Assembly: GCA_013178415.1 (NCBI GenBank)
Contig: JABLXA010000005.1
Span: 71,369-135,368 of the forward strand
Reading direction: 5' to 3'
DNA: 64,000 nt
Source: Bacillota bacterium
GTDB taxonomy: Bacteria; Bacillota; SHA-98; Ch115
Position numbers and translations under genes: made by a program. Each line of letters opens with the position of its first letter. The first letter of the stretch is position 1. Under the pieces are notes generated by a model. The model ran no database searches. It was not told where the DNA came from and saw nothing but the letters and a program-made list of their open reading frames with translations. This document shows, in pieces, positions 10,642 through 20,725 of the stretch.

Positions 10642-11112
10642 TCAATTCTGGTCATTCGGCCTTTCCTTCAACAGCCGCTGCAACTCCTCGAGAAATCTAT
10701 CAATATCTTTGAACTGCCTGTAGACCGAAGCAAATCTTACATAGGCCACCTCATCTAGTGATCGAAGCCTGTCCATGACCAGTTCACCGATTTCCTGACT
10801 TCTCACCTCTCCTTCTAGCTTTCCTCTGAGTTCCCTTTCAACTTCATCCACCAACGATTCAAGCTGCCTGAGGGAGACAGCCCGTTTCTCACAAGCCTTG
10901 ATGAGCCCGCCCATGATCTTGGCGCGGTCAAAAGGTTCACGCCGGCCATCTTTTTTGACAACGATCAGCGGAATTTCCTCGATGACCTCATATGTAGTAA
11001 AACGGCGCTCACATCTTATACACTCCCTCCGGCGCCTGATGGCGGTTCCATCATCGGTGGCCCTGGAGTCGATTACCTTACTGTCAGGAGCGCCACAATA
11101 GGGACATTTCAT
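10642..11112 (-). CDS. nrdR: transcriptional repressor NrdR
   Basis: [17 protein letters not shown] zinc ribbon followed by an ATP-cone. ATG at 11112 with an upstream AAGGCGAAG. The ORF track start (11130, TTG) adds 6 aa. Confidence 0.9.
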   Translation of the reverse strand: MKCPYCGAPDSKVIDSRATDDGTAIRRRRECIRCERRFTTYEVIEEIPLIVVKKDGRREPFDRAKIMGGLIKACEKRAVSLRQLESLVDEVERELRGKLEGEVRSQEIGELVMDRLRSLDEVAYVRFASVYRQFKDIDRFLEELQRLLKERPNDQN

Positions 11113-11283
11113 GGTGCGCTTCGCCTTCAATCACGATTGGCCAAATTAGAAACAGGCCGCTGCCAACATGATGATTTCGATGGTCACGGCACGGCTGTCT
11201 ACTTAAAGTATAAAGATTTGCCGCTGACAGCGCAACAACTCGGGCGGGCATAAAGTTGGCTGATAAGAGGCATATTATGATAG

Positions 11284-11553
11284 CTAGTCTACGAGAACGC
11301 CGCGGGGGTCCACAAGCTCATTCATCTCTACCAATATCACGTCCAACCCTATCTTCTTAATCCTTTCCCATGGGATGACATAATCTTTATACTTGCCAAG
11401 AGCCCTCAAAAACCTTCCGGGAGCAGGCACCATGATCGCCTTTATCCTCCCGGTCTCGAGATCAATCTCCAGGTCAGTGATCGGCCCAAGCCTTCGACCA
11501 TCAATGGTATTGACCACATCTCTCACCCGGAGCTCCGATGTTTTGACAATCAT
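11284..11553 (-). CDS. YlmC/YmxH-family PRC-barrel sporulation protein
   Basis: 89 aa, MIVKTSELRVRDVVNTIDGRRLG...IKAIMVP, the typical PRC-barrel signature of this family. Confidence 0.8.
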   Translation of the reverse strand: MIVKTSELRVRDVVNTIDGRRLGPITDLEIDLETGRIKAIMVPAPGRFLRALGKYKDYVIPWERIKKIGLDVILVEMNELVDPRGVLVD

Positions 11554-11615
11554 AGGTTCACCCCCGTGCAGCTCACACAGACATTATATGCTGCAGGGGT
11601 CGGCTGTGTTACCCA

Positions 11616-12332
11616 TCACTTATTATGTTTAACACTTGATATCACTAGGTCATGATAGAACAATGTAAGTGGGCTCATGAACCGGCTGAGGTTCTTGCTT
11701 GAAAAAATAAGGAGATTCTCTCGGGGCTGAAGGCCGGATGTGTTTACCATCGTCCCGAACCGCAGTTTGAGATCTTCAAGGTTGAGTTCGGGGCTGGCTC
11801 CGATCCTCATGCTTCCGGAATTCGCAGCTGTCTTCTTATCGCCATTTCTGTCCACAAAGCAAAGGGGTGGAAACAGAATGCACCACCAATTGGCGCCCTG
11901 CCCTTTTCCCAGAACGATGCGGAGGGCATCATAATCACCCTCAGGTAAAAAGACATCTCCATAGGCCTTCGCAGGAAAATGCATCCTGCCTATTTCAGCA
12001 CTTACAGGGTATTTGTCTCCCTGTTCATTCACTACCTGTGCAGCAGCCTGTGAGAATTCCTCGAGATGCTGCTGCAAAACCCTTTGAGCCTGCTCCTTGC
12101 TGCTTATTTCATCGAACAGATCATATGCCTTCTCCAGGACAGCATCCCGCACTTTCAGTTTCACCTCTTGATCGTGGGGAAGATTGCTATTGGCGACTAC
12201 ATGAAGACGGATGAGATTGTCCCAGGTGTAGGCACAGTCCGATGCGCTATTCGTTCCCGGACGGTATGTCAATATAATCAACGTCAAGGTTATGAAAAGA
12301 ATTAGTGCAGCCGTGACTACTCTGATTTTCAC
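11616..12332 (-). CDS. spoIIR: stage II sporulation protein R (SpoIIR)
   Basis: 238 aa with an N-terminal signal anchor. Has the LIRLHVVANSN and WWCILFPPLCF signature blocks of SpoIIR. Lies 34 nt downstream of sigG. Confidence 0.8.
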   Translation of the reverse strand: MKIRVVTAALILFITLTLIILTYRPGTNSASDCAYTWDNLIRLHVVANSNLPHDQEVKLKVRDAVLEKAYDLFDEISSKEQAQRVLQQHLEEFSQAAAQVVNEQGDKYPVSAEIGRMHFPAKAYGDVFLPEGDYDALRIVLGKGQGANWWCILFPPLCFVDRNGDKKTAANSGSMRIGASPELNLEDLKLRFGTMVNTSGLQPRENLLIFSSKNLSRFMSPLTLFYHDLVISSVKHNK

Positions 12333-12366
12333 GCCGACCTACCTCCATAGATGATTGCGCAGCCAC

Positions 12367-13140
12367 CTACATACACTTGCGCATATGTTTCAGAGCCGCT
12401 TTCTCGAGCCTCGAGACCTGGGCTTGCGATATTCCGATCTCTTCAGCTACCTCCATCTGTGTCTTGCCTTCAAAGAATCTGAGTCTCAATATGTTCTTTT
12501 CCCGCTCCGACAGTTTTTCCATTGCTTCTCGAATGGCAATTCCTTCAAGCCAGTTGTTGTCCTGATTCTTCTCATCTTTCACCTGATCCATCACGAAAAT
12601 CGGATCACCCCCATCATGATAGATAGGTTCAAAGAGAGAAATGGGATCCTGGATGGCATCCAGGGCATAGACCACTTCTTCCTCTGGGAGTCCTAGCTCA
12701 TTTGCGATCTCATTTACCGACGGTTCCCTAGAATTTCTTGTAACCAACTGATCTCGTACCTGCAGCGCCTTGTAAGCCGTGTCCCTCAGAGACCTGCTGA
12801 CCCTGATGGAATTATTATCCCTGAGATACCGTCTTATCTCGCCTATTATCATCGGAACGGCATAGGTAGAGAACTTGACATTTTGATTAAGATCAAAATT
12901 GTCAATCGCCTTTATGAGACCGATGCACCCTACCTGAAAGAGGTCATCCACATATTCTCCTCTGTTGTTGAACCTCTGGATGACGCTCAGCACAAGCCGG
13001 AGATTGCCATAAATCAGCTTGTCCCTGGCAGAAGTATCCCCTTTCTGGGCTCTGGCCAGTAATTCCCTCATTTTTTGGCTGGATAATACTGGAAGCCTTG
13101 AAGTATTAACACCGCAAATCTCTACTTTGCTGACCAGCAT
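12367..13140 (-). CDS. sigG: sporulation sigma factor SigG
   Basis: KVEICGVNTSRLPVLS...GNLRLVLSVIQRFNNRGEYVDDLFQVGCIGLIKAIDNFD is near-identical to the B. subtilis SigG N-terminus. The likely start MLVSKVEIC at 13140 follows GGAGGGGA. The track ORF to 13176 includes the sigma-F promoter transcript start. Confidence 0.85.
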   Translation of the reverse strand: MLVSKVEICGVNTSRLPVLSSQKMRELLARAQKGDTSARDKLIYGNLRLVLSVIQRFNNRGEYVDDLFQVGCIGLIKAIDNFDLNQNVKFSTYAVPMIIGEIRRYLRDNNSIRVSRSLRDTAYKALQVRDQLVTRNSREPSVNEIANELGLPEEEVVYALDAIQDPISLFEPIYHDGGDPIFVMDQVKDEKNQDNNWLEGIAIREAMEKLSEREKNILRLRFFEGKTQMEVAEEIGISQAQVSRLEKAALKHMRKCM

Positions 13141-13185
13141 ATTGGATCCCCTCCGGCCATTTCCAAAATCTCTCATTCATATTAC

Positions 13186-13215
13186 AAGTATTGCCTTTGA
13201 GAACCCTTTTTATAC
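13186..13215 (-). promoter_or_regulatory. putative sigma-F-type forespore promoter for sigG
   Basis: Minus strand reads GTATA-N15-GGCAATACTT, matching the sigma-F consensus GYATA-N15-GGnnAnAhTR, about 45 nt upstream of the sigG start. This is consistent with spoIIIG regulation in Bacillus. Confidence 0.45.
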
Positions 13216-13309
13216 TTTACAGCTGTAGAGAATAGGAGTGAATCGCGTGGGGAGGCTTCCCAACTGAGGATGAGGAAGGAAAGCGGGGAAGGCGGGCAGA
13301 AGATGGGCC

Positions 13310-14011
13310 CTATTCTGCTCGTCTTATCTCCCGCCGCAGCTTTCGAATAATTCTCTTCTCAAGGCGAGATATGTATGATTGAGATATTCCAAGGAGATCG
13401 GCTACCTCCTTCTGCGTCTTTTCAACTCCGTCACCAAGACCAAACCTGAGCTCCACTATCTTCTGTTCGCGCCCTGTGAGTCTCTTCATGGCAGTATTGA
13501 GCAAAGACTTCTCGAGCTCTTCCTCCAGCCTTCTATAAACTATATCGTTATCAGTCCCCATCACATCGGAAAGCAAGAGTTCATTTCCGTCCCAATCGAC
13601 GTTGAGTGGTTCATCAAAAGATACTTCTGAGCGTATCCTAGAATTTCTTCTGAGATACATCAAGATCTCATTTTCTATACAGCGCGACGCATAAGTGGCG
13701 AGCTTGATCCGCTTTCTCGGGTCGAAGGTGTTTACCGCCTTGATGAGGCCAATTGTCCCAATGGAAACAAGATCTTCAACCCCGATGCCTGTATTCTCAA
13801 ATTTACGCGCAATATATACAACCAGGCGCAAATTGCGCTCTATCAATTCTCCTCTGACACGCTTATCCCCGACAGCAAGGCGCCCCAGGAGCGCAACCTC
13901 CTCGTCAGGAGAAAGCGGCGGTGGCAGTGCCTCACTCGAGCCAATATATAGGATTATCGGCCTAGGCGCCAGTCCGCACCGCATGGCGAAAATGGTCAAT
14001 CTCAGTCGCAT
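13310..14011 (-). CDS. sigE: pro-sigma-E (sporulation sigma factor SigE)
   Basis: [38 protein letters not shown] pro-sequence followed by [42 protein letters not shown], near-identical to B. subtilis SigE. The track ORF extends to 14137, which is probably an over-call. Confidence 0.9.
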   Translation of the reverse strand: MRLRLTIFAMRCGLAPRPIILYIGSSEALPPPLSPDEEVALLGRLAVGDKRVRGELIERNLRLVVYIARKFENTGIGVEDLVSIGTIGLIKAVNTFDPRKRIKLATYASRCIENEILMYLRRNSRIRSEVSFDEPLNVDWDGNELLLSDVMGTDNDIVYRRLEEELEKSLLNTAMKRLTGREQKIVELRFGLGDGVEKTQKEVADLLGISQSYISRLEKRIIRKLRREIRRAE

Positions 14012-14120
14012 CGAGGGACCGATCTTCTTCACACGTTTTTTAATTCGCGAAAGGCTACGCGTAACCCATGCATAGACACGATATGCTGAATACATTTTGA
14101 TCTCCCCCCGACAATTCATG

Positions 14121-15026
14121 TCATGACGCTGACTCAAGCACCTCGGGGTGCAGCAACGCAGAAAAGCCCCCTTCAGATGACAGAGAACGCGTATGGATTC
14201 CGATCACTACATTACGGTTTACCATGCCTCTCCTTCCCTCTAGCAGTTTGACACTGTCGGCGCGGAACCCGACTAGCATCCCCTTTTCCTTGCCAATAGA
14301 AGAAAACGGTATCAAACGAAATCTAGATGACCATCCTGAAGAAAGGATGCACTCGGAGGCCGTTCCCAGGTCACCAGACTCAAAGGCCATAAAGGCTCTC
14401 CGTATCGCGTCCGGCAGGATATACACTATCGCCTGATATTCCAGGATTATCACAGGCGCCCCAGTGATAGGGTCACGCAGCCGGTTACCTGTATCAATTA
14501 AAGCGTTGACAGATATCTTTTGTTCGCCAAACCATATTTCTATGGGGACAAAGAAAAGCCAGTCCCGAATCCGTCGGTGGACCAGACCCCACCCTAACTC
14601 CGCTACGATGAGGATGGTCCCCAGCGCTCCTATGAACGCGGGTATGCTAGCTCCGCCGGTCAGATATGAAACGGCCATCCCACCTCCGCCGCCGATGATA
14701 CTGACTACATAGACATAAGCGCATGCCACGCAGAAGCGATCGATCCCCATGTAGCCGAGGCTGATCCACGTTGCGGGAATTATGGTCACAAGAGCCAGGA
14801 TAGCAGCAGGAGGTATTCCGATGATGTCCATAAAGATCAGAGAAAGCAATATCACATCTACTATAGACGCGAAAAGTGAGCCCAGCAGGAGAGAACCGCA
14901 TTTGGTTTTGAGTCCTAAGATCCCCGAGCTCGCCCACAGGACTAAATAGTGCATGATGAAGCTCAACCCGCCGCTAATAGAAATATCAGAGAAGAATGCC
15001 GGCACTCTACCGCCCCCAGTTGACAC
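14121..15026 (-). CDS. spoIIGA: sigma-E processing aspartic peptidase SpoIIGA
   Basis: 301 aa with five N-terminal TM helices and a C-terminal domain carrying the catalytic [25 protein letters not shown] motif. GTG start with a strong AGAGAGGAAG RBS. Confidence 0.85.
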   Translation of the reverse strand: MSTGGGRVPAFFSDISISGGLSFIMHYLVLWASSGILGLKTKCGSLLLGSLFASIVDVILLSLIFMDIIGIPPAAILALVTIIPATWISLGYMGIDRFCVACAYVYVVSIIGGGGGMAVSYLTGGASIPAFIGALGTILIVAELGWGLVHRRIRDWLFFVPIEIWFGEQKISVNALIDTGNRLRDPITGAPVIILEYQAIVYILPDAIRRAFMAFESGDLGTASECILSSGWSSRFRLIPFSSIGKEKGMLVGFRADSVKLLEGRRGMVNRNVVIGIHTRSLSSEGGFSALLHPEVLESAS

Positions 15027-15041
15027 CGACTTCCTCTCTTA

Positions 15042-15074
15042 ATTATACGGGTCGGCATACGCGAAATATGTCAT
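15042..15074 (-). promoter_or_regulatory. putative spoIIG-type promoter with an over-long spacer
   Basis: Minus strand reads ATGACA-N21-TATAAT, ending 12 nt upstream of the RBS of spoIIGA. This mirrors the Bacillus spoIIG promoter, which has a 22-nt spacer and needs Spo0A~P. No exact 0A box was seen. Confidence 0.4.
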
Positions 15075-15102
15075 TCGCTGAAGAGAGCCAGGACTTCAAA
15101 TT

Positions 15103-15133
15103 CAAACAAAAAGAGAGGCATGGATGCCTCTCC
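15103..15133 (-). terminator. intrinsic terminator downstream of ftsZ
   Basis: Minus-strand RNA GGAGAGGCAUCCAUGCCUCUCU forms a 10-bp perfect stem with a 2-nt loop, followed by UUUUGUUUG. Confidence 0.6.
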
Positions 15134-15191
15134 TCGCTATAATTCGATTATTCGGACTAACCTGCCGGATACCGGACTCGAGGCCTATCTT

Positions 15192-16232
15192 CTATCTACG
15201 ACCTCGCCTCAAGAAGGCCGGGATCTCAAGATCATCCGTGGCAAAAGGCTTTATCTGAACCTCCTCGAGCCCGATATCATCGCTCCTTCGCTCCTCAAAT
15301 CCCGTGGCTATCACGGTAACTCGGACTTCATCGCGAAGACTCTCATCTATCATAGCCCCAAAGATTATATTGGCATCAGGGTCGGCCGCCTCTGCCACTA
15401 TTTGCGCAGCGTCATTGACCTCGAACAGCCCGAGATTCGACCCGCCGGTGATATTCAGAAGAACACCCTTGGCGCCCTCTATCGACGCCTCGAGGAGCGG
15501 ACTCGATATAGCTGCACGGGCCGCCTGCACTGCGCGATCGTCGCCGCTTGCGACTCCAATGCCCATGATGGCAGAACCTGCATTGCTCATGATAGTGCGA
15601 ACATCAGCAAAGTCCACGTTGATCAGGCCGGGTACAGTTATAAGGTCAGAGATTCCCTGCACTCCCTGACGCAGAACATCATCGGCAATTCTGAAAGCTT
15701 CGAGCATCGATGTCTTTTTCTCCACTACCTGAAGAAGGCGATCGTTAGGGATCGTTATCAATGCATCAACCTTATCGTGCATATTGTCATACCCCTTCTG
15801 CGCTTGAGCCATACGCCGCCGTCCTTCAAACGAAAAGGGTTTGGTCACCACGCCTACCGTGAGACAGCCGATCTCCCTTGCAATAGCCGCGATCACTGGC
15901 GCAGCCCCGGTGCCCGTTCCCCCGCCAAGGCCCGCCGTGAGAAAGATCATATCAGCGCCTTCCATGGCACGCTTAAGGACTTCCTTCGATTCCTCCGCAG
16001 CCTCTTGACCTATCTCGGGATTCGATCCAGCACCCAGGCCCTTCGTACGTTTCTCTCCTATTTGTATCTTCGTCGGAGCTTTGGAAAGAGTAAGAGCCTG
16101 GGCGTCTGTATTGACTGCTATGAATTCTACTCCTGTCAATTCCGACTCTATCATTCGATTTACTGCATTGGACCCTCCACCGCCGACGCCAATAACCTTT
16201 ATGTTTGTGAACTGTTCCATCTGTAATTCCAT
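15192..16232 (-). CDS. ftsZ: cell division GTPase FtsZ
   Basis: [13 protein letters not shown] tubulin signature and [15 protein letters not shown]. The start [10 protein letters not shown] at 16232 is preferred over the track start 16280, which overlaps ftsA. Confidence 0.95.
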   Translation of the reverse strand: MELQMEQFTNIKVIGVGGGGSNAVNRMIESELTGVEFIAVNTDAQALTLSKAPTKIQIGEKRTKGLGAGSNPEIGQEAAEESKEVLKRAMEGADMIFLTAGLGGGTGTGAAPVIAAIAREIGCLTVGVVTKPFSFEGRRRMAQAQKGYDNMHDKVDALITIPNDRLLQVVEKKTSMLEAFRIADDVLRQGVQGISDLITVPGLINVDFADVRTIMSNAGSAIMGIGVASGDDRAVQAARAAISSPLLEASIEGAKGVLLNITGGSNLGLFEVNDAAQIVAEAADPDANIIFGAMIDESLRDEVRVTVIATGFEERRSDDIGLEEVQIKPFATDDLEIPAFLRRGRR

Positions 16233-16258
16233 ATCGAACACGACCCTACCCCTCCCGA

Positions 16259-17521
16259 TCAAAAAAGCTCCTTGAGCCAATCAAGGAATTGATCGAAGAT
16301 ATTCCCCGCCCTGGCGCGAGCCAGGGGCCCGGTATTATTGCCTGCATGCATGCGGGCGCCATATTTGGCAACCCCGATCCCCCCTGCAAGAGAAGGATCC
16401 GACGCTAAATCAGAAAAGCCTATGACATTTCTGGGAGTGCCCAATCTCACCGGCAGGTGGAACACCTCTTGGATCAGTTCCAGCGCGCCGGGCGTATTCA
16501 CGACGCCGCCCACCGCCAACACTCCACATGGGACCATACCACGGACTATGAAGGAATGCACTTGCTGTTCAGCCATTTCCACCAATTCCCTGAGCCTGGC
16601 TTCAATGATATAAGAGAGCATCTCGCCCTTTCCGGCCGGCTGCTGCCTGCCCCTACCTTTGGGAATAAAGTCGCTTCTACCATGATCTGGCTCATTCACG
16701 ACCAGAGACGAATCAATGATCCTTTGCCTGGCAGACGCTATCTCCTCTTGCGCCCGACGATATTCGCGCTTGAGCCGCTCTGCATCCGCCAAAGGGATAC
16801 GGAGCCCGACAGCTAGATCGCTTGTGATATTCTGACCGCCGGCAGGAATCACGGATTGATGCAGGAGACGCCCGTCACCCAGCACAGCCACGTGGGTAGC
16901 GCCCCCGCCTATATCCAGAATGATTACACCGGCATCCTTTTCCTCAGGATCCAAGATCGCTTCGCCGGTGGCCATTATCTGGAGCACCTTCCCATAAACC
17001 TCAAGCCCGGCCAGCTCAACGCTCTTCTGGATATTCTGCGCCATAGTGAGCATTCCCGTGATGATCTGGACCTCCACCTCGAGTCTGGTGCCCTTCATCC
17101 CGACAGGTTCCCTTATTCCTCTACATCCATCGATTATGTATTCTGAAGGCAAGATATGTAAAATCTCACGATCCGGCGGCACCAAAGAAAGCTTTGCCGC
17201 ATGCAATACCCTCTCCACGTCCCTGGAGCTGATCTCATGGTTATCATGGGTAATGGCTATCATGCCATGGCTGTCCTGGCATGTCACATGCAAAGAAGGA
17301 ACGCCCACATAGACGCCTTCGATATCGACGCCTGACATGCGCTCAGCTAGCTCCACAGCTTCGGAGATTGCCTGAGCGGCAGATGCCAGCTCTACCACGA
17401 TGCCCTTCTTGACGCCTTTGGAAGGGGCGACACCGATGCCGATGATTTCCGCGTCTCCTGTCTGCCCTGACTCGATTATAACAACTGCAGTCTTCGTGGT
17501 TCCGATATCCAGTCCCGCCAT
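16259..17521 (-). CDS. ftsA: cell division protein FtsA
   Basis: Actin-like ATPase with [15 protein letters not shown] and the SHS2 insert. ATG at 17521; the track uses a TTG at 17539. Confidence 0.9.
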   Translation of the reverse strand: MAGLDIGTTKTAVVIIESGQTGDAEIIGIGVAPSKGVKKGIVVELASAAQAISEAVELAERMSGVDIEGVYVGVPSLHVTCQDSHGMIAITHDNHEISSRDVERVLHAAKLSLVPPDREILHILPSEYIIDGCRGIREPVGMKGTRLEVEVQIITGMLTMAQNIQKSVELAGLEVYGKVLQIMATGEAILDPEEKDAGVIILDIGGGATHVAVLGDGRLLHQSVIPAGGQNITSDLAVGLRIPLADAERLKREYRRAQEEIASARQRIIDSSLVVNEPDHGRSDFIPKGRGRQQPAGKGEMLSYIIEARLRELVEMAEQQVHSFIVRGMVPCGVLAVGGVVNTPGALELIQEVFHLPVRLGTPRNVIGFSDLASDPSLAGGIGVAKYGARMHAGNNTGPLARARAGNIFDQFLDWLKELF

Positions 17522-17590
17522 TATTTCCCTGCCAGGCAAATCAAGCCCCCCCTGGCCAGACTCACATCAAAGACTACATTCAACAAGGCC

Positions 17591-17935
17591 TTATGATTTC
17601 CTTCTGCTGCCCTCCAGGAGGTGTCTCCTTATGTAGCCCACATTAGTGAATATTCGAATGCTGAATGCCACCGTTGCCCCCAGAAGCAGGTCAACACCCA
17701 GCTTATCGCCAGCATATGTCAACAGCGCGGCAAGGAATGTATTAGTAAAAAAACCGCTAAGAAATATAACTCCATCAAATGTCCCCTCTTGCCCGGATCT
17801 TATGCCGCCGAAAATCGAATCCAGAGCCGCAAGGATGGCTATGGCCATATAATCAGCATAGCCAGTGGGAAGTTGGACGGGGGTAAATATGCCGATGATG
17901 ATACCAATAATGAGACCCAGAACCGCAAGGATCAT
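17591..17935 (-). CDS. sbp: small basic protein Sbp (DUF1290)
   Basis: 114 aa fully hydrophobic membrane protein located between the DUF881 gene and ftsA, as Bacillus sbp is. Confidence 0.7.
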   Translation of the reverse strand: MILAVLGLIIGIIIGIFTPVQLPTGYADYMAIAILAALDSIFGGIRSGQEGTFDGVIFLSGFFTNTFLAALLTYAGDKLGVDLLLGATVAFSIRIFTNVGYIRRHLLEGSRRKS

Positions 17936-18672
17936 TGAACCTCGCCCCCTGGACTAACAGGTTTCGCATACTTGAAATAAAGACTTCCGTTGTAACCCGG
18001 GACAGTGATACTAGCTGATTGCGTTATCTTGACTTGGATACCCCAGGCCTTGAGAGTGTCAATTATGCCATCTCGCATATGAAGCGCGCTATCTAGGGTC
18101 TTCGGGTCTCCAATGGCCATTATCAAATAAGGGGGCCCGATACGAGTATTGTTTACTGATATGGTAGGCCCGGCACAGCGGATCTCACTGGTCGCGATGA
18201 GTCTCTGGCCATTGACCGAAATCGCCTCGGCCCCTGCTGCAAAGAGTTCATTTGTCACCTTCAGGATATCTTCGTCGTGGACAAGGAAAAGATCGGCGCC
18301 TTCCCCGGGCTGAGCCTGTTTCCTGCTATCATCCAGGGTTACGATGACGCCCGGTCCCGTCACTTTCACAAGCCCCGCCACCATTTCCACCCTTGCCAAC
18401 TCCTGGCGGACCGTCTCGACCGCATGCTCACCTTCCCAGGATTTGACCAGCTGCTGTCTCAGGACAGCTACCTCGTTCTCCAACGCCTCTCGCTGCGATT
18501 CGGCCTTTCTCAGCATATCGGTCAAATCCTCGAGCCGCCTTGTAGGGACCATACTGGTCTCGATATATTCCTGGGTGCGAATCTGTGCAACAAGCAAGAC
18601 TCCTAAGACTATGCAAACAATGGCGACATATAACTGCCATTTTTTAGCGCCCACTCCCGGTACCCTCCCCAA
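17932..18672 (-). CDS. DUF881 family protein (YlxW/YlxX-like division-associated)
   Basis: 246 aa with an N-terminal TM helix, a coiled coil, then the DUF881 region. Conserved position between ftsQ and sbp. Confidence 0.7.
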   Translation of the reverse strand: MGRVPGVGAKKWQLYVAIVCIVLGVLLVAQIRTQEYIETSMVPTRRLEDLTDMLRKAESQREALENEVAVLRQQLVKSWEGEHAVETVRQELARVEMVAGLVKVTGPGVIVTLDDSRKQAQPGEGADLFLVHDEDILKVTNELFAAGAEAISVNGQRLIATSEIRCAGPTISVNNTRIGPPYLIMAIGDPKTLDSALHMRDGIIDTLKAWGIQVKITQSASITVPGYNGSLYFKYAKPVSPGGEVQ

Positions 18673-18760
18673 AGAAAGAGAGATTGCTCACTTGAACTAA
18701 TTATATCGTTCCAGGAGCTTTTGTCGAGGGGAAATGAAGGGGAAGATATGAGGCCCGAGC

Positions 18761-19534
18761 CTATCTCTCCCTTACCACCGGCCTATCTGTGGCTCTAAGG
18801 TCTATCAACCTCACGCTCCGCCCTTCTTCATGTATCTTCGACAAAAGCGCCTCAAAAATGACGGCCTTCCGTTTCATCTCCGAAGCCGGGGCCAAGCCGA
18901 ATATTGCCCGGACGCCTTCAGGAAGTATCACTTCCACCCCACCGGCATCGGTCACACAGACCTGCGAGATTCTCGAACGAAATGAAGGAGTAAAAGAATC
19001 GAGCAAGGACAACGCCTCCTTGTCTCCATGAAATCTGATTTGCGCGCCAACCCTGGCGCTTTCCACATTCACTCCTGCCAGAATAGGCATGGTGGCAAGC
19101 TTCACGGTGCTGGATACGCCTAGGACCACGCCATCAGAAGCGATTTCAAGATAATATCCACCATGAGGGACCATTAGCAACGGGTAGCGCTCCTTGATGG
19201 TGACCAGAATAGTAGAAGGAAGCTTCCTCCTCACGCTGGCGCTGGAAATGCGAGGGTTTTTCATCAAAAGAGAGGCTACTTTGCTAGGGCTCACTTCAAG
19301 GATATTCTGCCCCATTTTCAGCGAGGAATCCAGGATCACTTCCTCTCGGGATAGAAAGCTTGTCCCATTCACTTGTATCTTTGAAATATTGAATAATGGA
19401 GAACGGAGAAAACTGAACAAGGCAAGAACGCCCAGGGAAATGATGGTAAGCCTTATCATGCCACTCTTACGATCTTTGCGCCTAGAGATGCCAGTTTCTC
19501 TGCCATACGTTCGTATCCGCGTTCGATGTGCCAT
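18761..19534 (-). CDS. ftsQ: cell division protein FtsQ/DivIB (POTRA domain)
   Basis: 257 aa with an N-terminal TM anchor (MIRLTIISLGVLALF) and POTRA plus beta domains. The true start may be the internal ATG near 19459, which abuts the murA stop. Confidence 0.75.
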   Translation of the reverse strand: MAHRTRIRTYGRETGISRRKDRKSGMIRLTIISLGVLALFSFLRSPLFNISKIQVNGTSFLSREEVILDSSLKMGQNILEVSPSKVASLLMKNPRISSASVRRKLPSTILVTIKERYPLLMVPHGGYYLEIASDGVVLGVSSTVKLATMPILAGVNVESARVGAQIRFHGDKEALSLLDSFTPSFRSRISQVCVTDAGGVEVILPEGVRAIFGLAPASEMKRKAVIFEALLSKIHEEGRSVRLIDLRATDRPVVRER

Positions 19535-20706
19535 ATATTACTCACCCTCGTCACGCCATCAGCTGCAAGGCCTGCTAACACAAGAGCAGCGCCTCCGCGC
19601 AGGTCTGGGGCCTCCACATCCGCCCCGAGAAGCTTGCTTTTGCCATGTATTATCGCAACCCGGCCCTCGAGCTTTATGTCAGCACCCATCCGCCTGAGCT
19701 CTTCAATATATCTGAACCTGTTTGGGAAGATATTTTCCGTGATGATGCTCGTTCCCTGGGCAAACGATAGGAGGGCCGACATCTGGGGCTGCATGTCAGT
19801 AGGGAAACCAGGGTATGGTAGAGATCGGATGCTTATGGCCTTTATGGGTCCCCTTGCCATCACCCTCATCCTTGAATCTTCTTCTATTATTTCGACCCCT
19901 GCTTCCCTGAGCTTTGATGTTACCGCGTTTACATGCTCTGGTATGACATTTTCAACCCAGGCATCTCCGCCGGTGATGGCAACAGCAACCACCATTGTAC
20001 CCGCTTCGATCCGGTCCGGAATCGGCTGGTACTCTGTTCCAATAAGCCGTTTTACACCATGGATCTTGATAGTATCGGTTCCCGCCCCCTGCACCTTCGC
20101 TCCCATTTTATTGAGGAAGTTCTGCTGGTCGACGATCTCCGGCTCGCGGGCGGCGTTACGTATTATGGTGGTACCTTCTGCAAGACATGCTGCCATCATA
20201 ATGTTCTCCGTGGCGCCAACACTGGGGAAATCTAAGTGGATCTCGGCGCCGGTAAGCTTGCTGGCAGACGCGCAGATGAATCCTCTCTCATCATTAATGT
20301 TCGCTCCAAGTGCCCGAAACCCTTTCAGGTGAAGATCTATAGGACGGGGTCCGATATCACAGCCGCCGGGCTGTAAAACCCTGGCTCTGCCGAGACGAGC
20401 TAGGAGTGGCCCTAATACCTGGATCGAGGCCCTCATCTCACGCACGAGATTCTCTGGAGCCTCCCATGACGATAGCGCCGAGGGATCGACTATGATTGTA
20501 TCACTGCCTTTGTATTCTACCTTGGCCCCCAAACCACGCAGCACTCCTATCATAGTCTTGACATCTGTTATATCAGGCATGTTCGAGATCATCGACGGGC
20601 TCTCAGCAAGAAGAGAAGCAGCCATCAATTTGAGCGCCGAATTCTTGGCGCTGCTCACCCTGACCGCGCCATGAAGTGGAGCGCCCCCAGAAATTTCATA
20701 TCGCAT
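19456..20706 (-). CDS. murA: UDP-N-acetylglucosamine 1-carboxyvinyltransferase
   Basis: 416 aa, MRYEISGGAPLHGAVRVSSAKNSALKLMAASLLAE N-terminus, active-site Cys region. EPSP-synthase fold. Confidence 0.9.
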   Translation of the reverse strand: MRYEISGGAPLHGAVRVSSAKNSALKLMAASLLAESPSMISNMPDITDVKTMIGVLRGLGAKVEYKGSDTIIVDPSALSSWEAPENLVREMRASIQVLGPLLARLGRARVLQPGGCDIGPRPIDLHLKGFRALGANINDERGFICASASKLTGAEIHLDFPSVGATENIMMAACLAEGTTIIRNAAREPEIVDQQNFLNKMGAKVQGAGTDTIKIHGVKRLIGTEYQPIPDRIEAGTMVVAVAITGGDAWVENVIPEHVNAVTSKLREAGVEIIEEDSRMRVMARGPIKAISIRSLPYPGFPTDMQPQMSALLSFAQGTSIITENIFPNRFRYIEELRRMGADIKLEGRVAIIHGKSKLLGADVEAPDLRGGAALVLAGLAADGVTRVSNIWHIERGYERMAEKLASLGAKIVRVA

Positions 20707-20725
20707 TTGATATTCGCACCTCCGG

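Noticed and set aside
13216-13309. Possible terminator between sigE and the sigG promoter
   Set aside because: Only weak 4-bp GC stems (GGGA...UCCC, GGGC...GCCC) without a U-tract. Read-through from spoIIG into sigG, as in Bacillus, is more consistent.
15120-16226. 368-aa plus-strand ORF
   Set aside because: Entirely antisense to ftsZ, which has unmistakable tubulin motifs on the minus strand. Its start lies inside the ftsZ terminator hairpin.
19526-20332. 268-aa plus-strand ORF
   Set aside because: Antisense shadow of murA.
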